Source: Eukaryota sp. TZLM1-RC
Taxonomy: Eukaryota > Protista > Metamonada: BaSk clade
Direction: 5' to 3'
Length of the DNA stretch: 64,000 nt
Assembly: GCA_040285825.1 (NCBI GenBank)
Contig: JAUPSS010000008.1
Span: 310,001 to 374,000 of the forward strand
This document shows positions 36,445-48,804 of the stretch, piece by piece (within the stretch, counting starts at the first letter, position 1; each line of letters starts with the position of its first letter). Position numbers and translations under genes: made by a program. Under the pieces are notes generated by a model. It was not told the origin of the DNA and did no database searches. It saw only the letters and a list, made by a program, of their open reading frames with translations.

Positions 36445-39400
36445 TAGATAATATATGCAGCTCGGCTGTTTTAAATCAAGATCTTCACTCATTGTTATTG
36501 GAAAAGGGTGTTTGTGAAAACAAGTCGTCAGATTCTTCACTTTTTGTAACCATTGTACCACGAAGATTTGGATTGTGTGCCACTAATGAAGCATTTGTAA
36601 CAAAAGTGAGATTATATTTGAACATCCCCATTAAAAATACTATATTTATTGAATTTGCACACTTAATTAAATTAACTCAATACTAATGGGACGACTATCA
36701 TTGAATCAAGATTTCCTCTACAAAATCTTGATCTGCTTGCTGTCTAGCTAAAGCTTCTCTTATTCGATTGAAAACCCGCGGTAATCTATTAATAGTGGCA
36801 AATTGAATCCGTGAACGCCATAAAAAAATATCAAATCTTTTCTTTGTTTTTTCTTGCACCATTTTTTGGAAGTCATCCAAAAAAGTTTCTGCTTCAACTG
36901 ATAATCTTCCATTTATCGAAAATGGGAAAGCAATAAAAACCAGCTGTGTATTTCTATCGACATTTGCCTCTTCAATTTCCTTATCATATTTTCTATGTTT
37001 TTCTTTTGCTTTAAAATCCAGAGCAGCCACAGGATTAAGTTTTCTTCTGTGAACCAAAGTAGCGTTTGCAACATTACATGAGACAAAGTCAACAATAGCT
37101 TCAGAATTATCAATCCAATCACAGTATACATCACCTCTATCATCAGAACCAAAATTATTCAGAGAAAGTGTTTCCTTCAGCAGGGGCTCTTTGATACACG
37201 ATATCCTTGCAGTTTGTGCCATATTGAAAACAGTGTCTCTAACAGCATCATGTAATGAAGAACGATAAGTTATCAATTTAGAGCAATTTAGAGCATGGCG
37301 CAAAGTGAGTTGAGGTGAATTCGAACAAATACATTTTTCTTTTGATAATAATTGGTTAATGGGGATGTTCAAATACAATCTCATTTTTGTTACAAATGCT
37401 TCATTAGTGGCACACAATCCAAATCTTCGTGGTACAATGGTTACAAAAAGTGAAGAATCTGACGCCTTGTTTTCACAAACACCCTTTTCCAATAACAATG
37501 AGTGAAGATCTTGATTTAAAACAGCCGAGCTGCAAATATTATTATAAAGATCTTTTTCATACATTCCAGTCAATCTTTTCTGTAATGTTCGAAGAGTGTA
37601 CTTCAAATTTAAAACATTTTTTTCTGGAATATTGCCATTGAATGATCGGGGAAAACATCGACCCCATTTTTCTACATCAATTCTTGAAATTTCTTCATTT
37701 AATGCAAAAACAGTGGAACTTTGCGTTGTCATCAATAAATCTTCCCAATCTAATGATAGTATTTATTGAATTTGCACACTTGATTAAATTAAATCATAAC
37801 TAATGGGACGACTATCATTAAACCAAGGTTTCCTCTACAAAATCTTGATTTGCTTGCTGTCTAGCTAAAGCTTCTCTAATTCGATTGAAAAAAACCGCGG
37901 TAATCTATTAATAATGGCAAATTGAATCCGTGAACGCCATAAAAAAATATCAAATCTTTTCATTGTTTTTTCTTTCACCATTTTTTGGAAGTCATCCAAA
38001 AAAGTTTCTGCTTCAACTGATAATCTTCCATTTATCGAAAATGGGAAATTCCCAATCTGCAAATCTTTCGGAAAACTCAAAGATTGCATTTCTGCATCCA
38101 CCAACAAAAGCACACGAGGTAAGAATAGAAGCCTTCGTCCACCCTAAACCACCATAATGTGGACTAAGGTAAGCATGATCTGGAATTTGAAACATTTTAC
38201 ATCCCAGTAATTGAGACAGAACTTTTGCACGTAACTCATTAAACTTTTGAGCCAAAGGTCTAGTGACGAGAGGATTTGTAGATCGAAATATATGATTAAA
38301 ATTGGAACTAAAACACAGTCTCATAATGGTAAATTTGATGTGTTTTTTTATATCTAAATTCATCATTCGGTCAATTTTGTCAGAAATTGAGTTCAACTTT
38401 TCAAACAATTTTTTGGTAATTTCATCATTATTTCCTAAAAACGAACCCAAATGACGAATAGCATCAATTGAATATAATTTGGCTTGAATTTCAATATCAT
38501 CAACTATTGTGGAAACTGGAGAATTCGATAACAAAACACATTTAAGTAAATTAAGTCGGAGACCAATTTTGGCAAATAATTCTTTGAAACATACAGTTGC
38601 TTGTTTTACAATATTTAAATCACCAATAGGCACAACATCATCCATATATGCAATCATTTTCAGTGAAGGAAACATCTCTTTAATTTGCAGTAAAATAGGA
38701 TGAATGGCCAAACAAAACAAAAGAGGTCCTAACGGATCTCCTTGCTTTACGCCACTTGATGAACTCAAAATGATGTTACCGAAATGTAAATTCGAATATG
38801 TGCAATATGTTGATTGAAAATACGGTATTAATTCCGGCATATATTGCAATAGAGCACCATGGATACTGCGACGACTTAGTGAATTGAAAGCATTACTAAA
38901 ATCCAATGACATGCAAACATTGGATTCATGTTGGCGAAATAAAACAACAGTAGCAAATATCGCTGAAGAGACTCCATCTGTAGTATTTATACCATATTGA
39001 AAGGGTAATAATATTTGTTTTGCTTTCTCGTTAAACCTGCTTAAGCAACATGAAGAAAAAATATTGTGTAAGCTCTCAGAGACTGCAATAGGACGAACAT
39101 CCATTTTTGAATTTTTGACAAGAGCAGTCAAACGAGAACTTCCTAATTCTTCTGGGTATTTGAGTTGACCAGATAATATTTGGTTGAAAAATTTGGTCAA
39201 TAAACCAAGGCAATCTTCTGAAGAAATAATCGCGGCTTTTACATGATCAATGGTAATACCAGAAAGTCCGGCAGACTTACCACGTGGTCTCTTTTTGGTA
39301 ACCGAAAAAACTTCTGATGGCATCAATGGATAATTTTCCCAGTATGTGCCGTAAAAATTTTGATCCATTATAAGGTCTTCATAAGGATGAAGTATTTTTA

Positions 39401-41746
39401 GTTTATCTATTGTGTTTTCATTGTTGGATGCTTTAACTCCGGGACTTAAAGCTGACAAAGCCTTGGACCATTTGTTGTCAAAGCATTTGTCTTCAAAAAT
39501 TTTACTTAATTTCTCGGATGACTGATTTCTCGGTGCTATATAAGTTTAATCTTCGGAAATATTTACGAAATTTTGTTCAAAAGGAGGACAAAAAGAACCA
39601 AAAAAGTCCCAAATAATATTGATAGCATACTTTCCTTTACATAATTGATCCAAAAATCTTTGAAAAACGAAAGCAAATTCATTGCATTTGGTCGGATGAA
39701 TTTCTTGAGGTATTCTTATGGGAATATGGTAGTTATCAACTATGCGGCATTTCAAGCATCGATCAGAAGTTTTTCCTTTTGCATTTTTTCTAAAAGAAAT
39801 ACCACAATTGTTGCAAGTTTTGTACTTCAATCGATTGCTAACTGGTTTTTCAACAACTTGTGGAGCATCATTTATGGGTTCTACCTTAGACTCTTTCCTT
39901 CTAATAAATTTTCTTTTACATTTTGTTTCAGAATTTGCCACATCATTTTTTCCAACATTGGGGCATGTTCGAGCATTATGTCCCTGTTGTCGACACTTTG
40001 AGCATCTGTAGGAGCGTGGCTTTGTTTTTGAACAAACTTTGTTTTCATCGTGATTGTCTAAAAATTCTTGATCAGAATTTTTTTTGTCCAAAAATGAAGA
40101 GAGAAGAGGTTGAGGAGGAGAGGTGGAAAGGACGTCTTGAGCATCTTGTTGTCTATCGTTCTTTCTTTTAACTCCATTAGAATCAGAAACTGATTCAGGC
40201 ATCAACAAGAAAGAATAGAAGCAATGATCGCGGTTCAGCCAGGTTTTAAGTTAAACGGTTATATGTAGAGGAAGGACGAAAAAAAATTAATCAATTATTA
40301 TCAAAAGAAAAATGTATTTGTTCGAATTCACGTCAACTCACTTTGCGCCATGCTCTGAATTGCTCTAAATTGATAACTTATCGTTCTTCATTACATGATG
40401 CTGTTAGAGACACTGTTTTCAATATGGCACAAACTGCAAGGATATCGTGTATCAAAGAGCCCATGCTGAAGGAAACACTGTCCCTGAATAATTTTGGTTC
40501 TGATGATAGAGGTGATGTATACTGTGATTGGATTGATAATTCTGAAGCTATTGTTGACTTTGTCTCATGTAATGTTGCAAATGATACTTGGGTTCACAGA
40601 AGAAAACTTAATCCTGTGGCTGCTCTGAATTTTAAATTAAAAGAGAAACATAGAAAATATGGTAAAGATATTGAAGAGGCTAATGTCGATAGAAATACAC
40701 AGCTGGTTTTTATTGCTTTCCATTTTCGATAAATGGAAGATTATCAGTTGAAGCAGAAACTTTTTTTGGATGACTTCCAAAAAATGGTGCAGGGAAAAAC
40801 AATGAAAAGATTTGATATTTTTTTATGGCGTTCACGGATTCAATTTGCCATTATTAATAGATTACCTCGGTTTTTCAATCGAATTAGAGAAGCTTTAGCT
40901 AGACAGCAAGCAGATCAAGATTTTGGAGAGGAAATCTTGTTTCAATGATAGTCGTCCCATTAGTTATGAGTTGATTTAATTAAGTGTGTTAATCAATCAT
41001 TAATCAATTATTATCAAAAGAAAAATGTATTTGTTCGAATTCACCTCAACTCACTTTGCGTTATGCTCTGAATTGCTCTAAATTGATAACTTATCGTTCT
41101 TCATTACATGATGCTGTTAGAGACACTGTTTTCAATATGGCACAAACTGCAAGGATATCGTGTATCAAAGAGCCCTTGCTGAAGGAAACACTTTCTCTGA
41201 ATAATTTTGGTTCTGATGATAGAGGTGATGTATACTGTGATTGGATTGATAATTCTGAAGCTATTGTTGACTTTGTCTCATGTAATGTTGCAAATGATAC
41301 TTTGGTTCACAGAAGAAAACTTAATCCGGTGGCTGCTCTGGATTTCAAAGCAAAAGAGAAACATAGAAAATATGATAAAGATATTGAAGAGGCAAATGTC
41401 GATAGAAATACACAGCTGGTTTTTATTGCTTTCCCATTTTCGATAAATGGAAGATTATCAGTTGAAGCAGAAACTTTTTTGGATGACTTCCAAAAAATGG
41501 TGCAGGGAAAAACAATGAAAAGATTTGATATTTTTTTATGGCGTTCACGGATTCAATTTGCCATTATTAATAGATTACCTCGGTTTTTCAATCGAATTAG
41601 AGAAGCTTTAGCTAGACAGCAAGCAAATCAAGATTTTGTAGAGAAAATCTTGGTTCAATGATAGTCGTCCCATTAGTTATGATTTAATTTAATTAAGTGT
41701 GCAAATTCAATAAATAAATTTATTAAGTGTGCAAATTCAATAAATA
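36445..41746. mobile_element. Cluster of nested/tandem family A copies (plus 36445-36634, 40286-40988, 40999-41746; minus 36640-40276)
   Basis: All pieces are near-identical to 23965-27290; the plus copy is broken at CCCCATTAA|TCAATTATT. Confidence 0.88.
36640..40276 (-). mobile_element. Full-length family A copy carrying a self-insertion at 37752-38048
   Basis: ORF pieces 39546-40208, 38013-39458 and 36698-37735; 10-bp TSD TTCCCAATCT at 37742-37751 and 38049-38058. Confidence 0.9.
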
Positions 41747-41749
41747 CAT

Positions 41750-43275
41750 AAAAATTTGTTATTCTGGAAAATTCACTCATATTTCAAGGTCAACTCTCCC
41801 TTCAGTATATCTTGATTAATGTAGATCTTTCAACAAACTTCGGGTCAAATTTTTTTCTTCCTTACTGGAAGTAAATAAATCTTTAATTCGAAGTCATGTA
41901 TTTTGTTCTGCGTAATTAGGTGGAATTGGTTTCACTAAATATTCGATTTTATGTAAAGCAGCTCTTTTCGGTGGAAACAATTTTATTTTTGAATTTTTCC
42001 AAAGGTTCCCTTATGATGTTCATCTGATCCATGGTGAATCAGATTGTTATTTAAATCAACTTCAATTTGATTAGATCATTTGCCCAGTGATATCTGGATT
42101 CAGTGTTTTCCTAAGAATGTTCAAGAAATTCCCAACCGATCACTCCCAAATTTACGTTTTTGCCTGAAAAGCCTCAGCAACATTTGGTTAATTTATATGA
42201 AAGCTTGGATTATGAGTTAAGACTTGGCTTGGCCAAAACTGAAAATCCCGCTTTCGGAAATTTTTTAAAGGACATTAGTGATAGTTCTGCTGCTGCTTTG
42301 GTAACGCAAATTCTCTCTGTTTATGGACTTTTGTTAAAAAAACAATGAATGACTTTTCAACATGCGTTTTCGTTGTTTTCCATGGCCAAACAATTTGCCC
42401 AAACATTCAACATGTAAATGTGGTAAACCTCTTTAGTTTACTCAACATTTGAACTGTAAACATTTAATTACATTTAGAAGTAAAGTGCATAATAACGTCA
42501 GGGACCAAATTTATGTAATGTATAAATCATATCGAGAAGATTCCTTTGAAGCCTTTGTTAACAAAATTAATTCTTGATGACCCCAATATTGATAGTACGC
42601 GCCACAACAGAGCTTCTATGGGTCTGACAAGAGGTGATCTCGTTGTTCCCGGCTTCAATGGTATTTTTACTATTTTAGACGCCATGTCCATTGACCCTTG
42701 AAATTCTTCTAACGAACATTTCATTATTTCAGATGAAAATAATTCTGTTCTTGCTGGCGAAAATTATAAAATTGCTAAATATGCGAAACCCATTTCCTCT
42801 GTTGATGAAAATTCTCATGCCCAATATAATTTATGTCCCTTTGTTTTTCTTTGCTTGGATCTCTAGGTAAGGCTGCTATGGCTTTCCTTGAGAATTTTTC
42901 TGTAGTTGTAAAGGAAAGAACTAGAAGAATTTTCAATCGTGTTTACTGGCAAAACAGGATTGTGTTTTCTATTTTTAAGGGAATGGTAAAACTAATTTCT
43001 GATTCACTCTCTTCTTTTGGGAAATTTTCTGAATCTTTAGCAATTAATTGTTTTGATGTTAAGGAGGCAGGTTTTGAAATTGTGGAGCTTTAGTTGTGTA
43101 TTTTATGTTTTCATATTCCTTATTCAATGAATAGGAAAATTAGTTGTCAAAACAAATTAGCAATAAATTTTGAAGCCTTGGATTTTAAATTCGTCTTGGC
43201 TCGGCCCAAAAAGATCCCGTTTTCGCAAATTTTTTGTTAGATGCCCAAAACAGTTCTTCTTCTTGTTTAATTTCT
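41750..43275 (+). mobile_element. Decayed CRE-like copy followed by an internal fragment of another family
   Basis: RLGLAKTENPAF, RGDLVVPG...LDAMSID, YWQNRIVFSIFKG. Confidence 0.78.
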
Positions 43276-43511
43276 CAAAATCCTCAAATTTCAAGTTTCA
43301 ATGAAACCGTGAAACTTGCTGTTATTGATACCATTCCCTGAATGTTTGATACAATTGAGAGAAAAACCACTGAATCAATTGTACGGAATCTAAATGTGTT
43401 CTGTTTTTTCTCTATTCCAATCAATAAGTATTCAACAATTATTACAATTAAGAAAATTACAACCATTCAGAAAGATAGCGCTATAAGAATTTATTGGAAT
43501 CGAAGAAAAAC

Positions 43512-44415
43512 TTAGGCACGAGCAAGGACCTTGGCTTTCCTACGCTCTTCCATTTCGTGCTCACGTTCTCTTTTTTCAAGCTTGACTCTTGACTTATCAC
43601 TCAAGATGTTTCCACCCCATTTTCTAATAATGTCAGATCTGTCATTGAATGATGCTTTGATGGATTCAACGAGCTTGGCAAATTCAGGCTTATCAGAATC
43701 CTTTATGTTCTGAACAGCAACACAGGTAGCAGTTTTTTGATGAACAAGTTCTCCAAGGCGTGACTTTCCCTTAACAATACAGTAAGGAACGTCCATTTTT
43801 CTGCAGAGAGCTGGAAGCCAAATAACTAACTGAGGTTAATGTTTTGAAAAAAAAGCTAGCCAAAAAGGTCATTGGCCACTCGGTAGTGAGTGACCTAAAA
43901 GTGGCTGGGAGAGAAACTGAAACATACTTCAATGGGATCAACATCATGAGCAATTACTACAAGCTTCGCTTGCTTAGACTCTATGAGAGAGGTAACATGG
44001 TTAAGTCCATAAATAACAGACATGGGCTTTTCAAGAGAGGGTGCAGATCCTGCAGCAGTTTGTTCAGCAATAGCGCGAAGACGAGCCTTCTTGTCTTGTC
44101 GAGACTCTGGGCGATATTTTGCCAAGAAAGTCAAGAGCTTGGAAGCTGAGATAAATTAAGAGATATTTACATACCAGCATTCTTATCCAGAGTGTTGTTG
44201 AATTGATTGACTTGGGGAGGACACGACAATCTCTTCTTAAGAACGGCTCGCATGCGTTGGACGCGGATATACTGAGGCCATTTCACGAAATGAGTGAGAT
44301 CGGGAGTGATAGGTACACCCTGACCAATACCCTTAGCCTTGGGACGAGGAACAATGAGAGGGTTAGTGACAGTCTTCTTGGGTTTAGCAACAACTTTGGT
44401 CTTTCTGGGTGCCAT
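43512..44415 (-). CDS. RPL7A: 60S ribosomal protein L7a (eL8); introns 44146-44174 and 43830-43927
   Basis: [24 protein letters not shown]|[20 protein letters not shown]. Two GTATGT..CAG introns give a 777-nt spliced CDS. Confidence 0.96.
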
Positions 44416-44494
44416 TTGAACTGATTCTAGAAAAAAGATCTTGAAAAAAGCTTTTTCTTACTTCTTGACATTTTTGACTTTATCTCCTTTACTT

Positions 44495-45973
44495 ATGATA
44501 TCTTCTCATTCTGATGTAGTTCATGTCCAAACCAATGATGATAGAGGACGTCATTTTGTCACAACTCGTAAATGCTTTGCTGGACAGGTTCTTGTTTCTT
44601 CTCATTCTTTTGCTAAAGCTGTTTTTACTGAACTTGTTGGAGTGGTCTGTGATTATTGCTTCGGTAAATCACGCACAAACACCCTTTTCATGAGGTGCTC
44701 ACGCTGCAAATCTGCATATTATTGTTCTCCATCTTGTCAAAAATTAGACTATGCTTTTCATAAATTAGAATGTAAAACAGGTGCAATCCAAAAACTTCAA
44801 TCCAGATGTAGAGATCCTGTTCCTCTTCTAGGACTTCGAACACTTTTGCGCAAAGACTTGCCATCCTCTGGGTTGACAAATGAAGGAACCTTTGATGATG
44901 TTCTCAGTCTAGCTTCTTCAGACCTTATCGGAGGGCTTTCTGTCAATAAATTAGATCATTTCACCTCTTGCATCGGACATGCTCTCCCTGAACACGTAAG
45001 TACTTCAAAAGTACGTAAGATATTGAAAAGAATCAGCTGCAATGCTTTCACAATCACTGATGAAGAATTAAAACCCCTTGGAGTTGGTCTCTATCCTGCA
45101 GCATCATTTGCCAATCATTCATGTAATCCCAATGCATTCTTTGTCTTCAAGGAGACTCACATTGCGTTGATCGCTCTTCATGAATTGGAAGAGGGGGAGG
45201 AGGTTGTGGTTAACTATGTTGATTTGGCTGAACCTCTAGGCTCAAGGAGAGAAGCCTTGCGAAAACAGTTTTCTTTTATTTGTAGATGCGAACGTTGTTC
45301 TGAGGTTGATATTTCAGCCGAAGATGTTCTATCTGTTGTTTCTGAGATTGACCAGACCACTTTCATTCCAAAGTACACACCAACTCCAGAACATTGGAAA
45401 GTTGTAGAGGGAATTCTCCAGCAAGTTAAGTGTCAAAACTGCAAAGGTCTGGGCTTGTTAACTCGAAGGGGGTTTGTTTGTAATTGTTCTTCCCCTGTTG
45501 CGCATTTTGGCTATGAGAAATTCCTTGCCCATACCCACAAGGCAAGACAGTTGGCAGTTCAGCTGAGATGGTCAGAGTGCTTTGATGTTTTATCAGAGGC
45601 CAAGGCTTTGAATGACGAAGAACAGTTTTTAGGTAGGTTCCATTTTGAAAAGCGATCATTTTTAATTGGTTTGGCTGATTGTTGTGTTCATTTATGCAAA
45701 TGGATTGAGGCAGCTTCAGCTTTTAGAGAACTCATTATTATGTCAAAGGTTTTGTTACCCCGAAACTACCCTATTATTGGAATTCAAGAGTTTGCGTTAG
45801 CCAAGATTTTATCCTTATTAGAAAATAATGATAAAGCAGCTTTAAAGGCGTTCCGTAATGCGGCATCTGTACTGACAATCAGTCACAAGGCCTGTGTGCC
45901 TGAAGTGTTAGCTGCTGCTTTAAAAGGTCTGGAGGAATTGTCCCTTTCAATGAAGTTTAGTTCTGAGCAATAA
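44495..45973 (+). CDS. SET and MYND domain lysine methyltransferase (SMYD family)
   Basis: RGRHFV, MYND finger (CSRCKSAYYCSPSCQ..DY..HKLEC), ANHSCNPN, post-SET FICRCERC, C-terminal TPR-like helices. Confidence 0.9.
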   Translation: MISSHSDVVHVQTNDDRGRHFVTTRKCFAGQVLVSSHSFAKAVFTELVGVVCDYCFGKSRTNTLFMRCSRCKSAYYCSPSCQKLDYAFHKLECKTGAIQKLQSRCRDPVPLLGLRTLLRKDLPSSGLTNEGTFDDVLSLASSDLIGGLSVNKLDHFTSCIGHALPEHVSTSKVRKILKRISCNAFTITDEELKPLGVGLYPAASFANHSCNPNAFFVFKETHIALIALHELEEGEEVVVNYVDLAEPLGSRREALRKQFSFICRCERCSEVDISAEDVLSVVSEIDQTTFIPKYTPTPEHWKVVEGILQQVKCQNCKGLGLLTRRGFVCNCSSPVAHFGYEKFLAHTHKARQLAVQLRWSECFDVLSEAKALNDEEQFLGRFHFEKRSFLIGLADCCVHLCKWIEAASAFRELIIMSKVLLPRNYPIIGIQEFALAKILSLLENNDKAALKAFRNAASVLTISHKACVPEVLAAALKGLEELSLSMKFSSEQ

Positions 45974-46124
45974 TCATCACTCCAATACACTAGATGACAT
46001 GTCCATAATAATGGCATAAATAGCTTTTATTTTAAATGAAGTGAGACTATGGGTGTTGAGAGACAGTCTTTCTGATGATATGGTACAATAAAAACCCATT
46101 CTATTTTTTGGTTCTTGGGGCTGC

Positions 46125-46800
46125 AAATACCACAGCTCACTTTGCGTCATGCTCTGAATTGTTCGAAATTGATAACTTATCATTCTTCATTACATGATGC
46201 TGTTAGAGACACTGTTTTCAATATGGCACAAACTGCAAGAATATCGTGTATCAAAACGCCTCTGCTGAAAGACACACTTCCATTGAATAATTTTGGTTCT
46301 GATGATAGAGGTGATGTATACTGTCATTTGATTGAGAACTCTGAAGCTGTTGTTGACTTTGTATCCTGTAATGCTGCAAATGACACTTTGGTTCAAAGAA
46401 GAAAACTTAATCCTGTGGCTGCTCTTGAATTCAAAGCCAAAGAAAAACATGGAAAATATGGCAAAGACATTGAAGAAGCTAATGCTGATAGAAATAGACC
46501 ATTTGTTTTTCTTGCTTTCCCATTTTCTATAAGCAGAAGACTATCAGTAGAAGCAGCAACTTTTTTGAATGATTTCCAAAAAATGGCTCAAGAAAACACA
46601 ATGAAAAGATTTGATATCTTTTATGATGATCTCAAATTCAAGTTGCTATATTTAATAAATTGTCTCGGTTTTTCAATCGAATTAGAGAAGCTTTAGCAAG
46701 ACAGCAAGTAGATCAAGATCTTGTAGAGGAAATCTTGGTTCAATGAATTTCGTCCCATTAGTTATGAGTTTATTTTGTTAAGTAGTTAATTTCAATAAAT
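46125..46800 (+). mobile_element. Diverged 5'-truncated family A-related copy
   Basis: HALNCSKLITY...DDRGDV...KAKEKHGKY plus the family A 3' UTR. Confidence 0.88.
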
Positions 46801-47269
46801 AGATCATTACCAATGAGGTTTTGAAGAAGACTGTAAGTTTCATTCTTAAAATTGATGAATGCTTTTTGTTATTGTTCGAACAGGCGTTCTGTTCCCAAAA
46901 CGCCTTCTAAAACAGTGGGTTTCCCAGCTGTATCCACTCATTTATCACCATCTCTAACGTCAATATCGTTTTCTTGGTGGCTGTCCTGTTAATCGTGAAC
47001 ATGCGCGTTTTTCTCTATCTGATTTTCTATCGCTATTTAAACAACAAAAACAGAAGACATTGGCTAACAGAGATCGGTGATTTTGGAATAAGTTTATCAT
47101 TGTTAAAAAAGAAGACCACCTAAACATACAACTGAAACATACAAAACTGACTAAACACCCAAAACTCAAATAAGACAATTCTTCTAAAGATCATAATGTA
47201 AGTCCACAAGTCACAAATTACGTTTGCTTTTATTAACAATTAAGATGAAACTATTTGAAATCTAAAAAA

Positions 47270-48690
47270 ACTACCTACCAACATTGACGGCTTCTCTTTT
47301 CTTTTGAAGAATATAATTGAAAGCATTGTAGCATTTAAAGCTATTCTTCAAAATGATGCAACTAACTTCATCTGCTATCTCATTCCATCCAAATTGGTCA
47401 AAAAGTGTTTTTGTTTTAGTGTAAAAACCCCATGTACAATAAAAACCAGAGGAACAATTTAGTTAATTGAATTGAATTCTTTTATAATCGAATATTTTGA
47501 AATTTTCTCAGAATGAGCTTTCGAAAACGCATCACCCCAATTATTACCATAACCTCCAAGTATAATAACATCAAAAGCAATTTTAGTTGACGTTTGAAAA
47601 CCCTCAACACGTAACTCCTTATTTGGACCGAAGTTAAATTCCTTCTCATATTCAAAATTATGCAATTCGTTTATAAAATTATTTACTACATCGTGTCTTG
47701 GTGTAACCAATCTCGAGACTTTTCTACATTGAAACGAGTTATCTCAGCCTAGATCTGCATAACCACACACAGCATTTATAACAAATTTTTCTCCTTGAAA
47801 CAATCTCAGTTTTTCTAGGTATTTGAAGCAATCATCTGAGAACGTGAAATTTTGTGAAATAGGCAAAACTTTCAAAAAAACAAGATGATTGACTGTCACA
47901 ATTTGAAATAAATTATAGTCGTTCACATTCTCATAGTTTTTTCTTCAAAAGATTCAATATTTTTTATAAAATAAATGAGTGATTTGACGTTGGCAAATTT
48001 TAATTCGTTTGGACCAGATCGAGTCAAAACCACCAAAAAACGGTGTTAAAGCTGATAGTAAGACCATAAACTGATCACTTGGAATTAAATTGGTTAAATC
48101 AAGATAACGTAGAACCAAGTAAATCGAAACTGAATAACAAATATGTGCAACTTGACCCAAATGGAGAAACCCTAATCCACCCAAAGAATGAGGCAAATAA
48201 ATTAAATCAAAATTATTTGATTCTTCCAACCCTATTAAGTTGAAATAAGCATCAGATTCTGAAACCCAAAGATCAAAACCCATTCTGGTGGATTCATAAG
48301 GAACTGTTCGGCCCAGTACAGCAAAATTGAATTAAGACAATGACAAATTATTATAAATTTATTTTGTAGTGGTAATGATTTTAATGAAAATAAACTTGGA
48401 AGCATTCATCTTGGACTTTTTGAATTGGAAAAGAGGGTTCACACTCAGTTGATCCAAATGGAGATCCCAAACACTTGAAATCATTTTCAAATGAGAACAC
48501 TTCGGTTTTTGTCAAATTTAATTTCAGACCAATTTGCTTGAAAATTTGTTGTAAGTCAATTGATAACCAATCATTATTCACTTTGTCCAGACACAGAATA
48601 AAAGTGTCAACTACATAACTCTTGACTTTGAAAATGATAAAACACAACTATTACCACGTGCAAATACAAGGGCGAAATTGGATCCCTTTA
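47270..48690 (-). mobile_element. Highly decayed CRE-like element (distant family)
   Basis: IGLKLNLTKTEVF, FKCLGSPFGS, LPHSLGGLGF, RHDVV, IAFDV, EKISKY. Confidence 0.65.
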
Positions 48691-48804
48691 CTGAGTATTT
48701 GAACTAATGAAAAAAGAAATTAATTAAAAAATATTTGAACAATCAAAAGACCCACCATCTTTTCTTACATTCGCAATGCTATTGAATCTCTTTGATATCA
48801 TCTG

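Noticed and set aside
38013-38058. Internal deletion in the family A copy
   Set aside because: The 10-bp direct repeat TTCCCAATCT shows it is a nested insertion; the apparently missing sequence continues at 37751.
48720-48800. Fanzor-like tail (KRPTIFS) upstream of the SMP-like gene
   Set aside because: Only a few residues match; not distinguishable from chance.
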